Shown: in pieces, positions 12,160 to 26,233 of the stretch
How the letters are laid out: every line of letters begins with the position of its first letter
Position numbering within the stretch: the first letter of the stretch is position 1
Assembly (NCBI GenBank): GCA_964016885.1
Contig: OZ024742.1
Location: 19,220,001 to 19,284,000, forward strand
Source of the DNA: Eledone cirrhosa
Taxonomy: Eukaryota
Length of the DNA: 64,000 nt
Reading direction: 5' to 3'
Program-made: the position numbers and the translations under genes
The notes under the pieces: model-generated
The model's input: the letters and a program-made list of their open reading frames with translations, nothing else
Databases searched by the model: none
Told to the model about the DNA's origin: nothing

Positions 12160-12700
12160 TTACTGGTACTTACTTTTATCAACCCCATAACGATGAAAGG
12201 CAAAGCTAACCTCGGCTGAATTTGATCTCAAAACGTAAAGGGACGTAACTATATATCGCAAAGCATATCGTCCGACGCTCTTTCGATACTGTCACTCCAA
12301 TGGAAATAATGATTTCTAGTATAGGCACAAGGCCAGTAATTTGGGGGAGGGGAAAGTCAATTAAATCGAGCCCAGTACGTTATTGGTATTTTCTTTTAAT
12401 AGTTAACCTCGGCGGGATTTAAACTCAGATCGTAAAGGGCCGTAACACTATTCTGCAAAGCATGGTGTCCGACTCTCTACCGATACTGCCAATCCACCGC
12501 CCTACTCCAATGGAAATAATAAGATTCGTTCAATATTGTGAAATGAGTTAATAGATTTTTAATTTTGGCACAAGAGCAGTAAACTTGGGGGAAGGGTGTA
12601 GTTAATCAATATCAGTTCTTGAATGACATTTTTTTTTCTCGATCCCGGAATGAGGAACGGCAAAGCTGACCCATGTAGTATTTCAAGAGTGGTGAGTAAA
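12160..12700 (-). mobile_element. Stack of 2-3 SINE copies; the middle one is full-length with a TSD
   Basis: TSD actccaatggaaataat at about 12294 and 12504; SINE motifs on the minus strand. Confidence 0.8.
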
Positions 12701-13080
12701 TACTGAGATTCTAAGATAATCACTATCTAAGTGGTGTGAAATAAACACAGATTTATTGATATTATATGTAAACTGTTATTCTTGGTAATTTTGTTTTAAC
12801 TTTTGTTACAAAGAATGTTAGGTGGTCTAGAGTACTTGCTTTTACCCTTCTTTTCCTCTCATTTATGGCTTTTATAGTTCTTTCCCTTACTTTCACACAC
12901 AGCCAGATCTGCCTTTCTTTATACCTTTCAAATTTGTAATGTTATTTATACAATTGTAAATAAAAGTTCATCTATATTAGGCAAGAACAAGGGGTACTAA
13001 CTGTTTGTTGGGACGTTACAAAAATGCAAACCTGAGTGACGTTTGAAAACTGTACAGTGACGTGACAAAGGGAAAATACC

Positions 13081-13111
<31 letters not shown>

Positions 13112-13749
13112 ACACACACAATCTTTTTTTTTTTTTTTTTTTTAAATTCATGAAATTTCTAATTTGAAATTAAAAATCGTGAAAATAAAGGAAAATTTTA
13201 TCTTTTCCCAAATGAAAGTTATTTAAAAATACTTTTCACAGTAATACTTGTATGAGGAAATTCTGCATATAATCGATGTTTAATAAGATATTCTATCATA
13301 TTTTTCAGCTTGTCGCAATATGTGTTAGTGCTACGCTTTTCACAACAAAATCGAAGACACGGTTGAAATTTTTAACGCAATGAAAGAATGAATATTCATA
13401 AAATGAATATTCATAAAATGAATATTCATAAAAACTGGAATTTCCACGGAATTTGTCGGATTTCTGATATATAAAAAAGTTTGAATCACACGGGATTGCC
13501 TTTGAGAATTCTTGTTTATTCCCACATAAAATATATATGAAAGAAATCAAATCTCTTTAATAGAATATTATCCCAGCTGCTTTAGATAGAAAGTCTAAAT
13601 GAAACTTGTTTTCGAATGTTTTAGTCACAAATCAGATAAAATAATTGTTGAAAATATGTAATGAAAAGAAACATACAGATAACACATTATTTTGAGATAT
13701 ATAAACTTAAAATGTAAACAAAGTGGTTGGCTTGAAAAGCAAATGTGAA

Positions 13750-14020
13750 CATTCGAAATATGTGCGCCCCAAAGCAAATGATTATAACAATAGGCGATCA
13801 CTATAAATAAGAGAAAATCAAGATGGAGAAATGCGAGGAATCGAACCCTGCGTAGCTAGAATGACGGACGAATATGTTAACCCATAGGTTAAAGTGCCAG
13901 TGGGTTCGATTTCTAGCAGATACCTCTGCCTCCAGATGTGCTTTACCCGATATTCTCATATTTATAGTGATCATCTATTATTTTAGTCAGTTGCGTTGGG
14001 GTGCACATATTTCAAAAATG
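13750..14020. repeat. Inverted pair of a second tRNA-derived short element
   Basis: gaaatatgtgcgccccaa..gatcactataaat versus atttatagtgatc..ttggggtgcacatatttc. Internal B-box-like GGAATCGAACCC and GGGTTCGATTTC point in opposite directions. Confidence 0.6.
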
Positions 14021-14043
14021 ATATATATACATATATATATATC

Positions 14044-14367
<324 letters not shown>

Positions 14368-14494
14368 TGGTCCCGTAACTCCTGAGGCAATCGTATATTC
14401 TCCCGTTTTGACATACGGCGCTTCTTAGGGTATCCTTAAACCTGGAGGAGCCAATCGCCTCTCCAGGATATATATATATTTATACATGCATGTA

Positions 14495-14525
<31 letters not shown>

Positions 14526-17148
14526 AATAACAACACAATCGGTACAGTGTATGGAAGAGTACGTACGCATGTATGACGTTTAGAAAAAGACTAGTGTGTG
14601 ACACAAGTCTGTGATTCCATTTCAATTCCCGGTCATCCTGGTAAGTTATTTAACATAAACCATACGAGCCTTAGAAAATCACAAGCTCACCACGGCCCCC
14701 CTTTATAACTAAGATATGTAAACCCAATCTTTAATTGCTTGTTATCGATAGGGTGCTTGAACTAGCACAGATGCTAAATGACACTTATTTGGTTGATATA
14801 ACAATTGTAAAAACGTGGGCGAGATGATCTGTTGTTAGGAGAAATACACCTTCATCAACAATAGCAAAATACTTTTGTTTTTAGAACGATGGATGATAAT
14901 TGATTAGAAATAATGTCATCGGTTTGTTTATGTTTGGGTTCTGAAAAGAAGAAAAAATTGTCTCTGAATAACCAGAAAGCTAACATGAACCCTAAATATA
15001 AGGATTTCCCCTTTAATCTTCAGCTGTCTATTCAGCTATCTACAAACCCATTTTATTTATTATTCTCGTGATTATTTTTATCTTCGACGCCAAAGCATTT
15101 CAGCTTTCCCTGTCTTGGAGAGAGATTACATGAGAAATAACTTCGTAATTTTCTCGGTGAACGCCCAGAGTTTCTCGGCTGAATCATATTAAGAGAAATC
15201 AACACACTCCAGTCCTATGTTGTAATTCTATAAATAGTTTATCCATAACGTTTACAGCAGGAAGTTTTTGTGAGCAGAAACAGGCGGTATGAATGTCACT
15301 TGGTCAAACAACTTTCCAGTCTTGTTGTTGACAACTTGTTGTTCAGTAATAATTTATTCACCAACAGAACCCCTGGCTTTACAGTTTCCCTTGCTTCCCA
15401 TGTTTTTCTTTATTTTAATGTGTATTTTGCCTCAAGTTCGCCTTCCCTGTTTAAAGTTTATATTTTATTTTATTTTATTTTATATTCACTTATCTCTATA
15501 AATCTTGTTTTTCTTTCTTTCTCAACTGTAAGAAGTACTAGAAACTTCCACTGGTATGCCATGGCTTACTAGCTCTATGCGGACTTTTAAATTGATTAGA
15601 TAAATAAATAAATGCTATACAGTAAAATATTTTCTGCTGATTATCGAAAGACAATGCGACTTAATGATTGAAATGTAGATAGAAGTGTTTCAATTTACAC
15701 TAATTCAATTAGTTTTCGTTTTACTAGAAACCTCAGCGACGAATTTTTAAGGAAAAATGTAAATATTAGATTCCTGTGTCAGGGATTTTCAGACCCACCA
15801 CAAACAGAAGCGTAGTACTGTTCTTTAGATTAACTGGAACAGAAAATACCGATAAAAATTGCTGAATTGTAAAATTCTTTTGTTGTTTATTCCCTGTCAT
15901 AAGACTCTGAAAGTTTACACGCTTCCAGTCAAATGACCAAAACGTAGACATTTTGTATTCCAAATGTTCCATGTATCCTTAAATATACACTATAATATAA
16001 CATTTATTCCTTTAGAGTTTAAAGGGATACATATCTCATACACTGTCTAGAGTCTGGACAGAGTATGAAAGATGTACCCCTTTTAATTTGTAAGGCTCGG
16101 ATCAACTCCTTCCAACGAGAAAATAAAGGGAAGCTACATGTATCTTTCTTAAAAAATAGGATCTACTGATACATTTTTCGATGGATAACTGTAGTTAATA
16201 AAAATGAGTTATCCCAATTTAAGAGGTTTTGAGACTTTTATCAGAGATATTTATTTAACTTAGATCAACAGTAGAATCTCCCCCAAAGTAGGATCGCCCC
16301 AACTTCAATTCACTTGTTGTAGCGCTTCAGTCACTTCTGTATCGCCCCCATATAGTCCTCCAAAGTGAAGGTACCTAAGGCGCTTGTCACAGTCTCCTTT
16401 GTCTCATCCACTGTATAGCCGAATGGATAAGAAGTTCACTTCACAAAAATTAAATCCCGAGTTTAATCCCACTGCGGAGAATGTTTGGCAAGAGATATCT
16501 GCCATAGTCTCCGGTCTTGTAAGTGGGTGGACGGAAACTGTTTCGAAACCCGCCGTCCTCTGGGGAAACACCTTCTCTATTCTGTCCGCCGGGGCTGTGG
16601 GAAGGCCACCAATATGATTGACTGACTTGTCATTATATATAAGGACAAAGAATAATGCTTACAACAAACAGATGGAGCACTATCCAAATTACATTACACT
16701 ATTTCATTACACTATTTCTGATGAAAGACACTGCCTATGTTTTTCAAATAATTTTGAAAATTGGCAAGAATTTAAAGAGATTTAATAATGTGACAAACTT
16801 TTTCATTATTATGTGTACAGATTGACCGTGTCTGGAATTGAAACATCCAGCCTTGTCACACTGCCACGCTAAATCACGCTGGAATGACTTTTCAAAATCC
16901 TTTTGGAGCATCTTTTCTATAAAACTCCACACTTAGTCAAGTGATCTCTGTTACCAATAAAACTCCCCATGGTTGTATCATTTTAGCTGTTGTTCTCCAG
17001 TTTGCTTCTTTCTATCTTCTGGGATAATTTGTCCTTATTTATCGTAAAATCACTTAACATTTAACTCTACAAGATACATCAGCAATGCTGGTATAGTCAC
17101 TGCTTCCGCCTCACTCGCTCTCCCCATCTCTCATTATTATAAGCAAAT

Positions 17149-17343
17149 GGCGCTGGATTGGTAGTATCGGTAGATGGTCGGGCGCCATGGTTTGCAGCAA
17201 AGAGTTATGGCCCTTTATGGTCTTAGTTCAAATCCCGCCGAGGTTAACTCTGCCTTTCATCCTTACGGGGTCGATAAAATAAAGTACCAGTAATACACTG
17301 GAATAATTGCTGGCCTTATGCTAAAAGTATAAACAACTATTAT
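17149..17343 (+). mobile_element. Full-length SINE with 16-bp TSD
   Basis: TSD tattataagcaaatgg at 17135-17150 and 17338-17353. Confidence 0.88.
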
Positions 17344-17525
17344 AAGCAAATGGGGCTCACGCGCTGGTCACCCCGTGGCCCCGGTAGACAGAATAGAGAA
17401 GACGTTTCCCCGGAGGATGGGGAGGAAGACGCATTGGAAGAGCCATTCCTACGGGAAGCCAACTCCGTGCCGATGGTGGTGAGTATGGAGGTCGTCCTAG
17501 GGCCAAGGACACCAGAAGTCTCCGT
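17343..17525 (-). pseudogene. CRE-clade LINE 3' fragment
   Basis: Reverse complement of the 5452-5650 and 8131-8340 family. Confidence 0.7.
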
Positions 17526-17559
17526 TGGAAATTATATTAAAGGTACACGTATCTGTGGA

Positions 17560-17880
17560 CTGCTCAGACACTTACATATTAATTACATGAGTAGCCTATT
17601 TTATTTACCGCACAACTGGAACATCATCGTCGGATTGCACTTACACGTGTAGCCTTAAAATAATTCTCAGGGAGATTCAGTGTTGTACAGTGTGTGACAG
17701 ATTTGACCCTTTGAATTGCAGGTACAGTCCACCCGAGAAGCTTTCAGAATCTGCCAGTCCAGTTTTACTCACAATGCATGGATTAACCCGGCTCTATGGT
17801 AAATGATACTTACCTAAGTAAGATAAAACCCGGCACCTCGTGATTACGAAGCGAGCGTCTTAACCATTCGGCCATGCTCC
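17560..17880 (-). mobile_element. Second SINE family copy (relatives at 23975-24215 + and 34375-34640 -)
   Basis: Shared blocks ACACGTG..ATTCTCAGGGAGATTCA..CAGTGTGTGACA and a tRNA-like head CTTAACCATTCGGCCA. Confidence 0.6.
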
Positions 17881-19210
17881 ATCCTTTTCGTTTGATTAAG
17901 TTGGCATATTTATGTTCATTGCACTAAAAGGTTTTCTGGTGAATCTTTAAATTTCTAGATTGTTGTCATGTCCTATCTCAGTGTACCTTTCGGTGTCAAA
18001 TATGTGTTATCTATGTACTGGAATCTAGGTTTTGTATATCTTTCTGACAATCCACCACGATTTGGTCACTCCTACTTGATTGGTTTGCCTGGGGTGAACT
18101 GAGGTGTTCTGTATATGGCTTCTAACCTTGTTTCCTGTGTTATAGCTATACAAATGTGACGTATTATTAAAGTTTTATTTTCAAAAAGGTGTATATTTTT
18201 TAGGCCAGGAGTGTTATATTGCAGCATGTTTAGAATTGCGGTATTATGTTTAAACGCCGTATATTGTCGACTTAAGTTCTTGACATGTATTTTCTATATG
18301 AAATTGTTTTTAGGAGTTGTTGGTTATATTTTATGAGGAGCGGTGAAATTAAGAAGGGAGATAATGACACTTCCGGTATCCTAATGTTTTTTTTTTTAGT
18401 TTATTTTCTATGTTGTGTTTTCTGTTGTCTATGTGTATGTTTGGGATGTTATTTTCTAGATATGTTTGTTTTACCTTTCCAACGATTTTGCTGTCTATTT
18501 CATGTAGAGAAGTCGGGTTCGGATTTCATTTGCGCTTCACGTTCCACCGAATTTCGTTCAGTTAGCTTTCTTCTCTGTCGTCTTTAACACATTCAATCGA
18601 TACTCCTGCTGGGAAACTCACCCCCCCCCCCCTCCCCCCGTTAGTTTTGCTGATATGTTCAAAACAAGGCTATACAATGTAGTCGCTCATTTTTAGAACA
18701 GTATGGAGTTAATTTCAGGGACATTTCACTGCTATTACTAGTATATAAGTAAGCCATATAAATTCTCCCTGACTTACATGTATACTTGGCTTCCTACCCA
18801 GTGTTACATGGTAAATATAATTGTTTCTACTTTTCGCAAAAGGCCAGCAATTATCCCAGTACATTACTGGTACTTTATTTTATCGGCCCTTAAGGATGAA
18901 AGGCAAAGTTAACCTCGAAATATAATGTCTTGAATTGATTGACAATTTGTTAAATGAAAATCGCGGTACTCCTCTATTAACGTATTATATCAGAAACATA
19001 TTTGTATTTAAATATAAGTATGTATACGTACATACATATATGTATACAGACGTACAGTAGTATGTATATATATACATACATGCACACATATATATATGTA
19101 CGTATGGATTCACCGAACATTTATTATAATACTCGGTTTGTTTATAAACAAACATCCCGTACAGTGTTTAGCAACCATCGTTGCCCTTTTGTTCAACACT
19201 GACAAAGGAA

Positions 19211-19251
19211 CGATGTACTAGTTTCAAGCTTATTAGCTATCGTCAGCACCG
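19211..19251 (-). ncRNA. Minimal type I hammerhead ribozyme, family A
   Basis: Minus strand: cggtg CTGACGA tagct-aata-agctt GAAA ctag TA catcg. Confidence 0.8.
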
Positions 19252-19679
19252 TATACCTTCCTGCCAGATGATTGAACGTCTGAAAGTATATCCTTTCCTT
19301 ATGCATATTAACGGGCAAACGATGGTTGCTAAACACTGTACGGCTTAATTCGGGATGTTTGTTTACAAACACATCGAGCATTATAATAAATGTTCGGTAA
19401 ATCCATACATACATATATATATGTGTGCATGTATGTATATATATACATACTACTGTACGTCTGTATACATATATGTATGTATGTATGTATACATACTTAT
19501 ATTTAAGTAACAGCCGTACTAAGAGTGAGAAATGAAATTTCGTTTCATTTTTTCCATTTATCGTTTTCGGTACCCCGGCCGATTAACTCACTCGATATGC
19601 AAACTGGGCTGCTCAGCCGTTAATATGCATAAAGAAAGTATATACTTTCAGACGTTCAATCATCTGGCAGGGAGGTATA

Positions 19680-19720
19680 CGGTGCTGACGATAGCTAATA
19701 AGCTTGAAACTAGTACATCG
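19680..19720 (+). ncRNA. Minimal type I hammerhead ribozyme, family A
   Basis: cggtg CTGACGA tagct-aata-agctt GAAA ctag TA catcg; palindromic stem III ACTAGT, GUA cleavage triplet. Confidence 0.8.
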
Positions 19721-20369
19721 TTCCTTTGTCAGTGTTGAACAAAAGGGCAACGATGGTTGCTAAACACTGTACGGCTTAATACGGGATGTTTGTTTACAAA
19801 CAAACCGAGCATTATAATAAATGTTCAGTAAATCCATACGTACATATATATATATGTGTGCATGTATGTACATATATACATACTACTGTACGTATGCATA
19901 CATATATTTATGTACGTATACATACTTATATTTAAGTAACAGCGGTACTAAGAGTGAGAAATGAAATTTCGTTTCATTTTTTCCATATATTTGTATTATT
20001 TGTGATATAAATACATCTCTTTACCGAATGTCACCAACTCCTCTATTATGTGTTCCAGACCAGAGGCTGAGGTCATGCTGCGGTACCGCCATCTTTCAGA
20101 ATCTGCCTGTATTTAACTTTGAAAACAAAACCTCTTGCAATCATGGATATTCCATATCAGGGAGAAAATTGGATGTTTGTATCTGGAATTCACTCGTGCA
20201 TAGTCTCATAACTCTTTAGGTGGTCGTGGGGCAACGTATTACCATACAGAGTTTCTTGGGCTTCTTTAATTCTGGCGGAGCCCAGCCCTCGCTAGGTACG
20301 AATACAACATATTTCTTCCTGAGAAGGATAGAGTGAGTGAGGGAATGGAAGTGATAAAGAGATATAGAA

Positions 20370-20490
20370 GAATCGACCCAGTACTTGACTGCTACTTTTG
20401 TTATCGACCTCGAACGGATGAAAAGCAAAGTTGACCTCGGTAGGATTTGAACTCAGAGATCAGGAACGAATACTGCAAAGCATTCAATCC

Positions 20491-20491
<1 letters not shown>
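20370..20491 (-). mobile_element. SINE fragment
   Basis: Core and B-box on the minus strand. Confidence 0.7.
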
Positions 20492-20564
<73 letters not shown>

Positions 20565-20578
20565 CATATGTATGTATG

Positions 20579-20612
<34 letters not shown>

Positions 20613-20633
20613 TGTATGTATGTATGTATGTAT

Positions 20634-21203
20634 GTACAACCTGTCTCATGGTCGGGTCGTTGGCGACTAAACTGGCAACCCCACCAAGGTTTCTTGGTGA
20701 GGAGGGTGACTTTGGACATCCTGCAGGACTAAAAACAAAACCTGTCAAAGGGCAAAGGAGCTCTTAAGAGTCAATGGCCATCCAAAATCACCGGGAGAGA
20801 TGACCCCTTAGCCTTTGTCAAGGCAGAATTCTAGGAGAAGGAAAACTCTGATATAACACCTGCAACCTTGATGGTATCCAATGATGTTGACTTGTTCTTC
20901 TTTTTGGTAAATATCATCTTGGTTAAGAGAGTGGGACTGGCTTTGTGCAGTGCCTTTGCTCACTATAAAAGCTTCACGGCACAGGCATTGCTTTATATCT
21001 GGAGATCTCTCTGCACTTGTCCTCACATGGTACCATGGGCCCAGCACTATGTGTCAATAATTGTCACAAGTGTAGTGTTTGTACCAGAGTTTTCAAGTCG
21101 CTGGCTGGACTAAAAAGTCACACTCATGCAGCGCTTCGGTAGGGGTTCTCCTACATGGATATAAAGTAGTGGCCGTACTCGAAAACGAGTTGGCAGCCAC
21201 CAT
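20634..21203 (+). mobile_element. Short non-autonomous RTE-derived element in a (GTAT)n array
   Basis: RTE-like 5' block TGGCGACTAAACTGGCAACCCCACC; 3' remnant CSVCTRVFKSLAGLKSH (C2H2); ends GCCACCAT(GTAT)n. Near-identical copies at 21302 and 36112. Confidence 0.7.
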
Positions 21204-21301
21204 GTATGTATGTATGTATGTATGTATGTATGTATGGATACACACACATTCATATATATATGCATGCATATACCCATGTATGTATGTATATATGTATGTA
21301 T

Positions 21302-21968
21302 GCAGTTGGTGCTACTGGTAACATGTATCCCAGTACAACCTGTCTCATGGTCGGGTCATTGGCGACTAAACTGGCAACCCCACCAAGGTTTCTTGGTGAG
21401 GAGGGTGACTTTGGACATCCTGCAGGACTAAAAACAAAACCTGGCAAAGGAGCTCTTAAGAGTCAATGGCCATCCAAAATCACCGGGAGAGATGACCCCT
21501 TAGCCTTTGTCAAGGCAGAATTCTAGGAGAAGGAAAACTCTGATATAACACCTGCAACCCTGATGGTATCCAATGATGTTGACTTGTTCTTCTTTTTGGT
21601 AAATATCATCTTGGGTTAAGAGAGTGGGACTGGCTTTGTGCAGTGCCTTTGATCACTATAAAAGCTTCACGGCACAGGCATTGCTTTATATCTGGAGATC
21701 TCTCTACACTTGTCGTCACATGGTACCAAGGGCCCAGCACTATGTGTCAATAATTGTCACATGTGTAGTGTTTGTACCAGAGTTTTCAAGTCGCTGGCTG
21801 GACTAAAAGTCACACTTGTTTAGCGCATCGGTAGGGGTTCTCCTACATGGATATAAAGTAGTATATATATTTTTTTTAAATAAGACTCAAGTTGCATTTT
21901 CGATTTCATCTTTTTTTCTTTAATATAAAGTAGTGGCCGTACTCGAAAACGAGTTGGCAGCCACCATG
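21302..21968 (+). mobile_element. Second copy of the RTE-derived element, interrupted at 21863-21922
   Basis: Collinear with 20634-21203 plus about 30 bp extra at the 5' end. Confidence 0.7.
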
Positions 21969-22056
21969 TATGTATGTATGTATGTATGGATACACACACA
22001 TTCATATATATATGCATGCATATACCCACATACATATATATATATATATATATATT

Positions 22057-22537
<481 letters not shown>

Positions 22538-23079
22538 TTATATATATGCGCACACACACATACATGTGCGAGCGTTTGTGTAGTACAAGATGATTTTTCT
22601 TTTTCATTTCGTTTATAAGAATGAATTGATTTTGTGTTTTGTTTTGTTTTGTTTGTCTATCGAAGATGTATAGGGAATGAATCGTAAAAATAGAATATGA
22701 AAGGAATAACTAGCTAGTAAAGATAGTATTGTTTTTACCTGCCTGTTCATTGTTGTTGACATAAGAACGAGATATCCCGGCTAACAATGCAACTGAAAAA
22801 GCTCATTGGGCGTCATAGCAGGCGCCAAGCAATAAAGTATTGTGTTAGTAGGACATATAACCAATCCTTGTTTGGTTTAGTTGGCGGGACAATAGTTACG
22901 ATGAAGACAAGATCATATTTTGTTCAGGAAACAACACACTACATCAATAAAGTCATATCGTATAGCTAGTAGCAACTTCTGGCAGCTTGGATGACCTGAT
23001 TTAGAGGTCGCATACGCCATTATAAGGCGGTGAATTAACAGAGTCGTAAGAACGCCGGATAGAATGATTTCTATTATTT

Positions 23080-23635
23080 CGGGTTGGATTGGCAGTATCG
23101 GTAGAGGGTCGGACGCCATGCTTTGCAGCATAGAGTTACGATCCTTTATGATCTGAGTTCAAATCCCGCCGAGGTTAACTTTGCCTTTCATCCTTACAGG
23201 GTCGATAAATAAAGCACCAGTCACGCACTTGGGTCGATTTAATTGACTTTTTCCTCCCTCCAAATTGCTGGCCTTGTGTCTATATAAGAAACCATTATTT
23301 CGAGTCAGATTGGCAGTTTCGGTAGAGGGTCGGACGCCATGCTTTGACGCATAGAGTTACAGCCCTTGCCATTCTGAGTTCAAATTCCGCCGAGGTTAAC
23401 TTTGCCTTTCATCCTTACGGGGTCGATAAAATAAAGTACCAGTGATGCACTGTGGTAATCGCTGGCCTTGTGCCAGAAGTAGAAACAACAGAGTCATAAG
23501 AAAGTCAGATAGAATGCTTTGCAGTATTTGTTTCGGCTTTCTGCTCTCTGAGTTCAAATCCCACTGAGGTTACCGTTGTCTTTCATCCATTCGAGGTTGA
23601 TAAAAGAAGTACCAATCTAGTACTGGGGTTGATAT
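23080..23635 (+). mobile_element. Three head-to-tail SINE copies
   Basis: Repeated GGATTGGCAGTATCGGTAGAG..GAGTTCAAATCCCGCCGAGG..GGTCGATAAA..AGAAAC. Confidence 0.88.
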
Positions 23636-24980
23636 TTCGTCTATATCTCTTTCTCACATCCCCTCTCTCACTTTCTATCCTTCTATGGAAGAAATCTGCT
23701 GTATTCAGACCTGAAGAGGAGATGGGCTCCTCCAGGTTTTAAAATATCCTAGAAACGTCGTATGTCAATCCGGTGACCCTTCGACTCCCCCAGAGGTCAC
23801 GGGACCAAGCATGGATGTATAAACCATTATGGTAACAGGTAGCCAAGCTTCGCCTCTGAAAGAATCTGTTCGCTTTAGAATATAGGAAGAGATAAAACAA
23901 CAACAAAAGTTGGAGATAACAATTAAGACATTCCTTAATAGACAATTCACTGACTTTTTTATAGTACATACACACTTCGACTCACGTTCGAAAGGTCATG
24001 AGTGTGATTCCTGGCGTCGCGTTGTGTTCATGTGCAAACACTTTATTTTACATTGCTCCAGTCCACTCGACTGGTAAAGATGAGTTGTACCTGCAATTTA
24101 ATGGGGCCAGCCTCGTCACATATTGTTTCCCGCTGGCTCTCTCTGAGAACTATTTTAAGTGTACACCTGCCTGAGGAATGCTCGGCTATGTTCACGTCAA
24201 TTTCACGAACAGTCTGTTCTTTTTTCCAAACCCCTAGAAGACCGCTTCTGAATAAAATTTCAAATGTAAACACGTTGAAAGAATACGATCGCGAATACAA
24301 GTGGCCGAAGGGTTTTTGGAGTAACGTTACTCTATAGAGTGCGTCACTCGGAGATCAGGGAGTCATTCCAAGTAGAGCCACTACTTCTCTGAATTGAGAA
24401 ATCGCAACTCTATGGATATATCATTACACACCATAAGGTTTTGTGTTCAAATCCTGCCGAAGTTAACTTTGCCATTCATCCTTACAGGGTCGAATAAAAT
24501 AAAGTACCAGTAAGGCATCCGGGTCAATTTACCCAACATTCTCCTTTCTTTCAAATCGCTGGCTTTCTTCCAAAGTAGAAGCTATTGTGGCAATTTGTAC
24601 ACATTCCAAACCTCAAATTTTCCTAATACTCTTAAGTCAACTTTTGTTTACATATAAAAGTTACTTTTTAGGTAGGCACAAAGACAAAGCAATGTTTGTT
24701 GCTGAAATATTTTGAAATATCTAAGATTTACGGATTAAATATGATTGATCAATTTACATCTGATCAAACATTACAACTACGTGATAACCTAATGAGATTG
24801 ACTACATCATGTGGTTGTGTTTATCTTTGATATTACATACGTCATTGACATTCATAAGCTGAGTTTAATTAGTAATTATTTAGTCCAGATTCTAGACTGT
24901 ATAATGAACCGAAAAATCTGTTCTAATCCACAGATTAATATGAAATAATAGATCAAATTCATTAACGACTGAAGTCAAAT

Positions 24981-25026
<46 letters not shown>

Positions 25027-25149
25027 GGAGATGAGTTTTATTGTAGTACAATAAAGCAATGCAGATATCGGATAAGAAGCACTCTACAGTTTGTAGGACT
25101 GGAGTATGCATAATATAAGATCAAAAGATGGTTAAAGGAGTTCCATGTA

Positions 25150-25216
25150 TTTTATTATGCGCATTTCAAAAACAAACTTCATCATGCAATAATATTTGTG
25201 TTTTCATCAGCTAAAA
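25150..25216 (-). ncRNA. Type I hammerhead ribozyme in the PLE pseudo-LTR
   Basis: ttttag CTGATGA aaacacaaatatt..gtttgttttt GAAA tgcgca TA ataaaa; palindromic stem III ATGCGCAT. Confidence 0.78.
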
Positions 25217-26233
25217 CAGGAGAACATGATATGAAGGCTAAAAAACACTTGTGGATAGTGCAGTTTTAAATCAACATATGAAAAGTGGTTTTAGATTGAT
25301 GTGTGATATTGGGAAAAATATTTTATTTAGAGAGGGGGGTGGAAAGGATGAAAAGGGAAGGAGATGAGAGGGAGAGATGGGTGATAGAGAGAAAGAGATA
25401 GTTTTTATAACTGAGAGGAGATATATTGTTTTATATAGAGAGGTTGAAAACCGTTGGAAGATAATGTATAAATTAAAAATTTTGAAAATTAACGAAGGGA
25501 GGATATGTGCGAGGAAAAAATATTTTATTTAGGGAGGGGGGGGGGAAGGATGAAAAAAGGGGGATGAGATGAGAGTGAAGGTGGAGAGGGAGAGATGGGT
25601 GATAGAGAGAAAGAGATAGTTTTTATAACTGAGAAAAAGATATATTGTTTTAACATAGAGAGGTTGGGAACCGTTGGAAGATAATGTATAAATTAAAGGA
25701 ATTTGAAAATTAACGAAGGGAAATTATGTATGAAGATAGAGAGAAAAAAATAATAATTGTGGATGAATATTCTAACGTCAAAAAAAGAGAAATGTATGTA
25801 TTGTGGCAATTTCAAAATTAACGAAGAGAAAAATTATTAAGGTTTGTGTGTAGAAGGATTTGAGAAAAATAATGTGAAGTTAAAGTTTGTATATTGATTG
25901 AATTGATAATATATGCGAATAAAGAGTTAATATGTATTAATAATGAGTTCGTTGATGGGGAGAAAAAAATAATAAATTAAGGATGAAATTGAGATTAAAA
26001 AGATTTATGATAGAGAGAAAAAATAATAATGATTGCGGATGAATATTCTAACGTCAAAAACAACAAATGTATATGTTATGATTTTACAAGGTGAAGATAG
26101 AATGAGGGTAATGAGTAAACAAGTATTATAGAGTGTATAATGCCCTTTAAAGTAAGGTAGATGGGTATATTTTAAAGAGGTGTATGTATATGTGCCTTTG
26201 AGAAAAGATTCTAAATTGATAAAGAATTGAATA

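Larger units (their letters stand above)
19006..19986. mobile_element. Retrozyme-like family A: inverted partial monomer plus about 1.5 tandem monomers of about 430 nt
   Basis: ATGAAATTTCGTTTC repeats at 19532 and 19961 (period 429); 19006-19314 is the reverse complement of the same unit; no coding capacity; other copies at 42734 and 62875. Confidence 0.8.

Noticed and set aside
15766-15972. Possible host exons (also 31092-31603 and 54836-55255)
   Set aside because: Isolated splice-like signals without recognisable homology or a consistent gene model.
19193-19738. Repeated small ORFs ...AGRYTVLTIANKLETSTSFLCQC
   Set aside because: They recur only because family A is repeated, overlap the ribozyme, and have inconsistent starts.
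23705-23770. CTGAAGA..GAAAC hammerhead-like string (family also at 14360, 30690 and 56480)
   Set aside because: CCTGAAGAGGAG pairs within a simple hairpin, stem I does not close, and the core is not conserved in sister copies.
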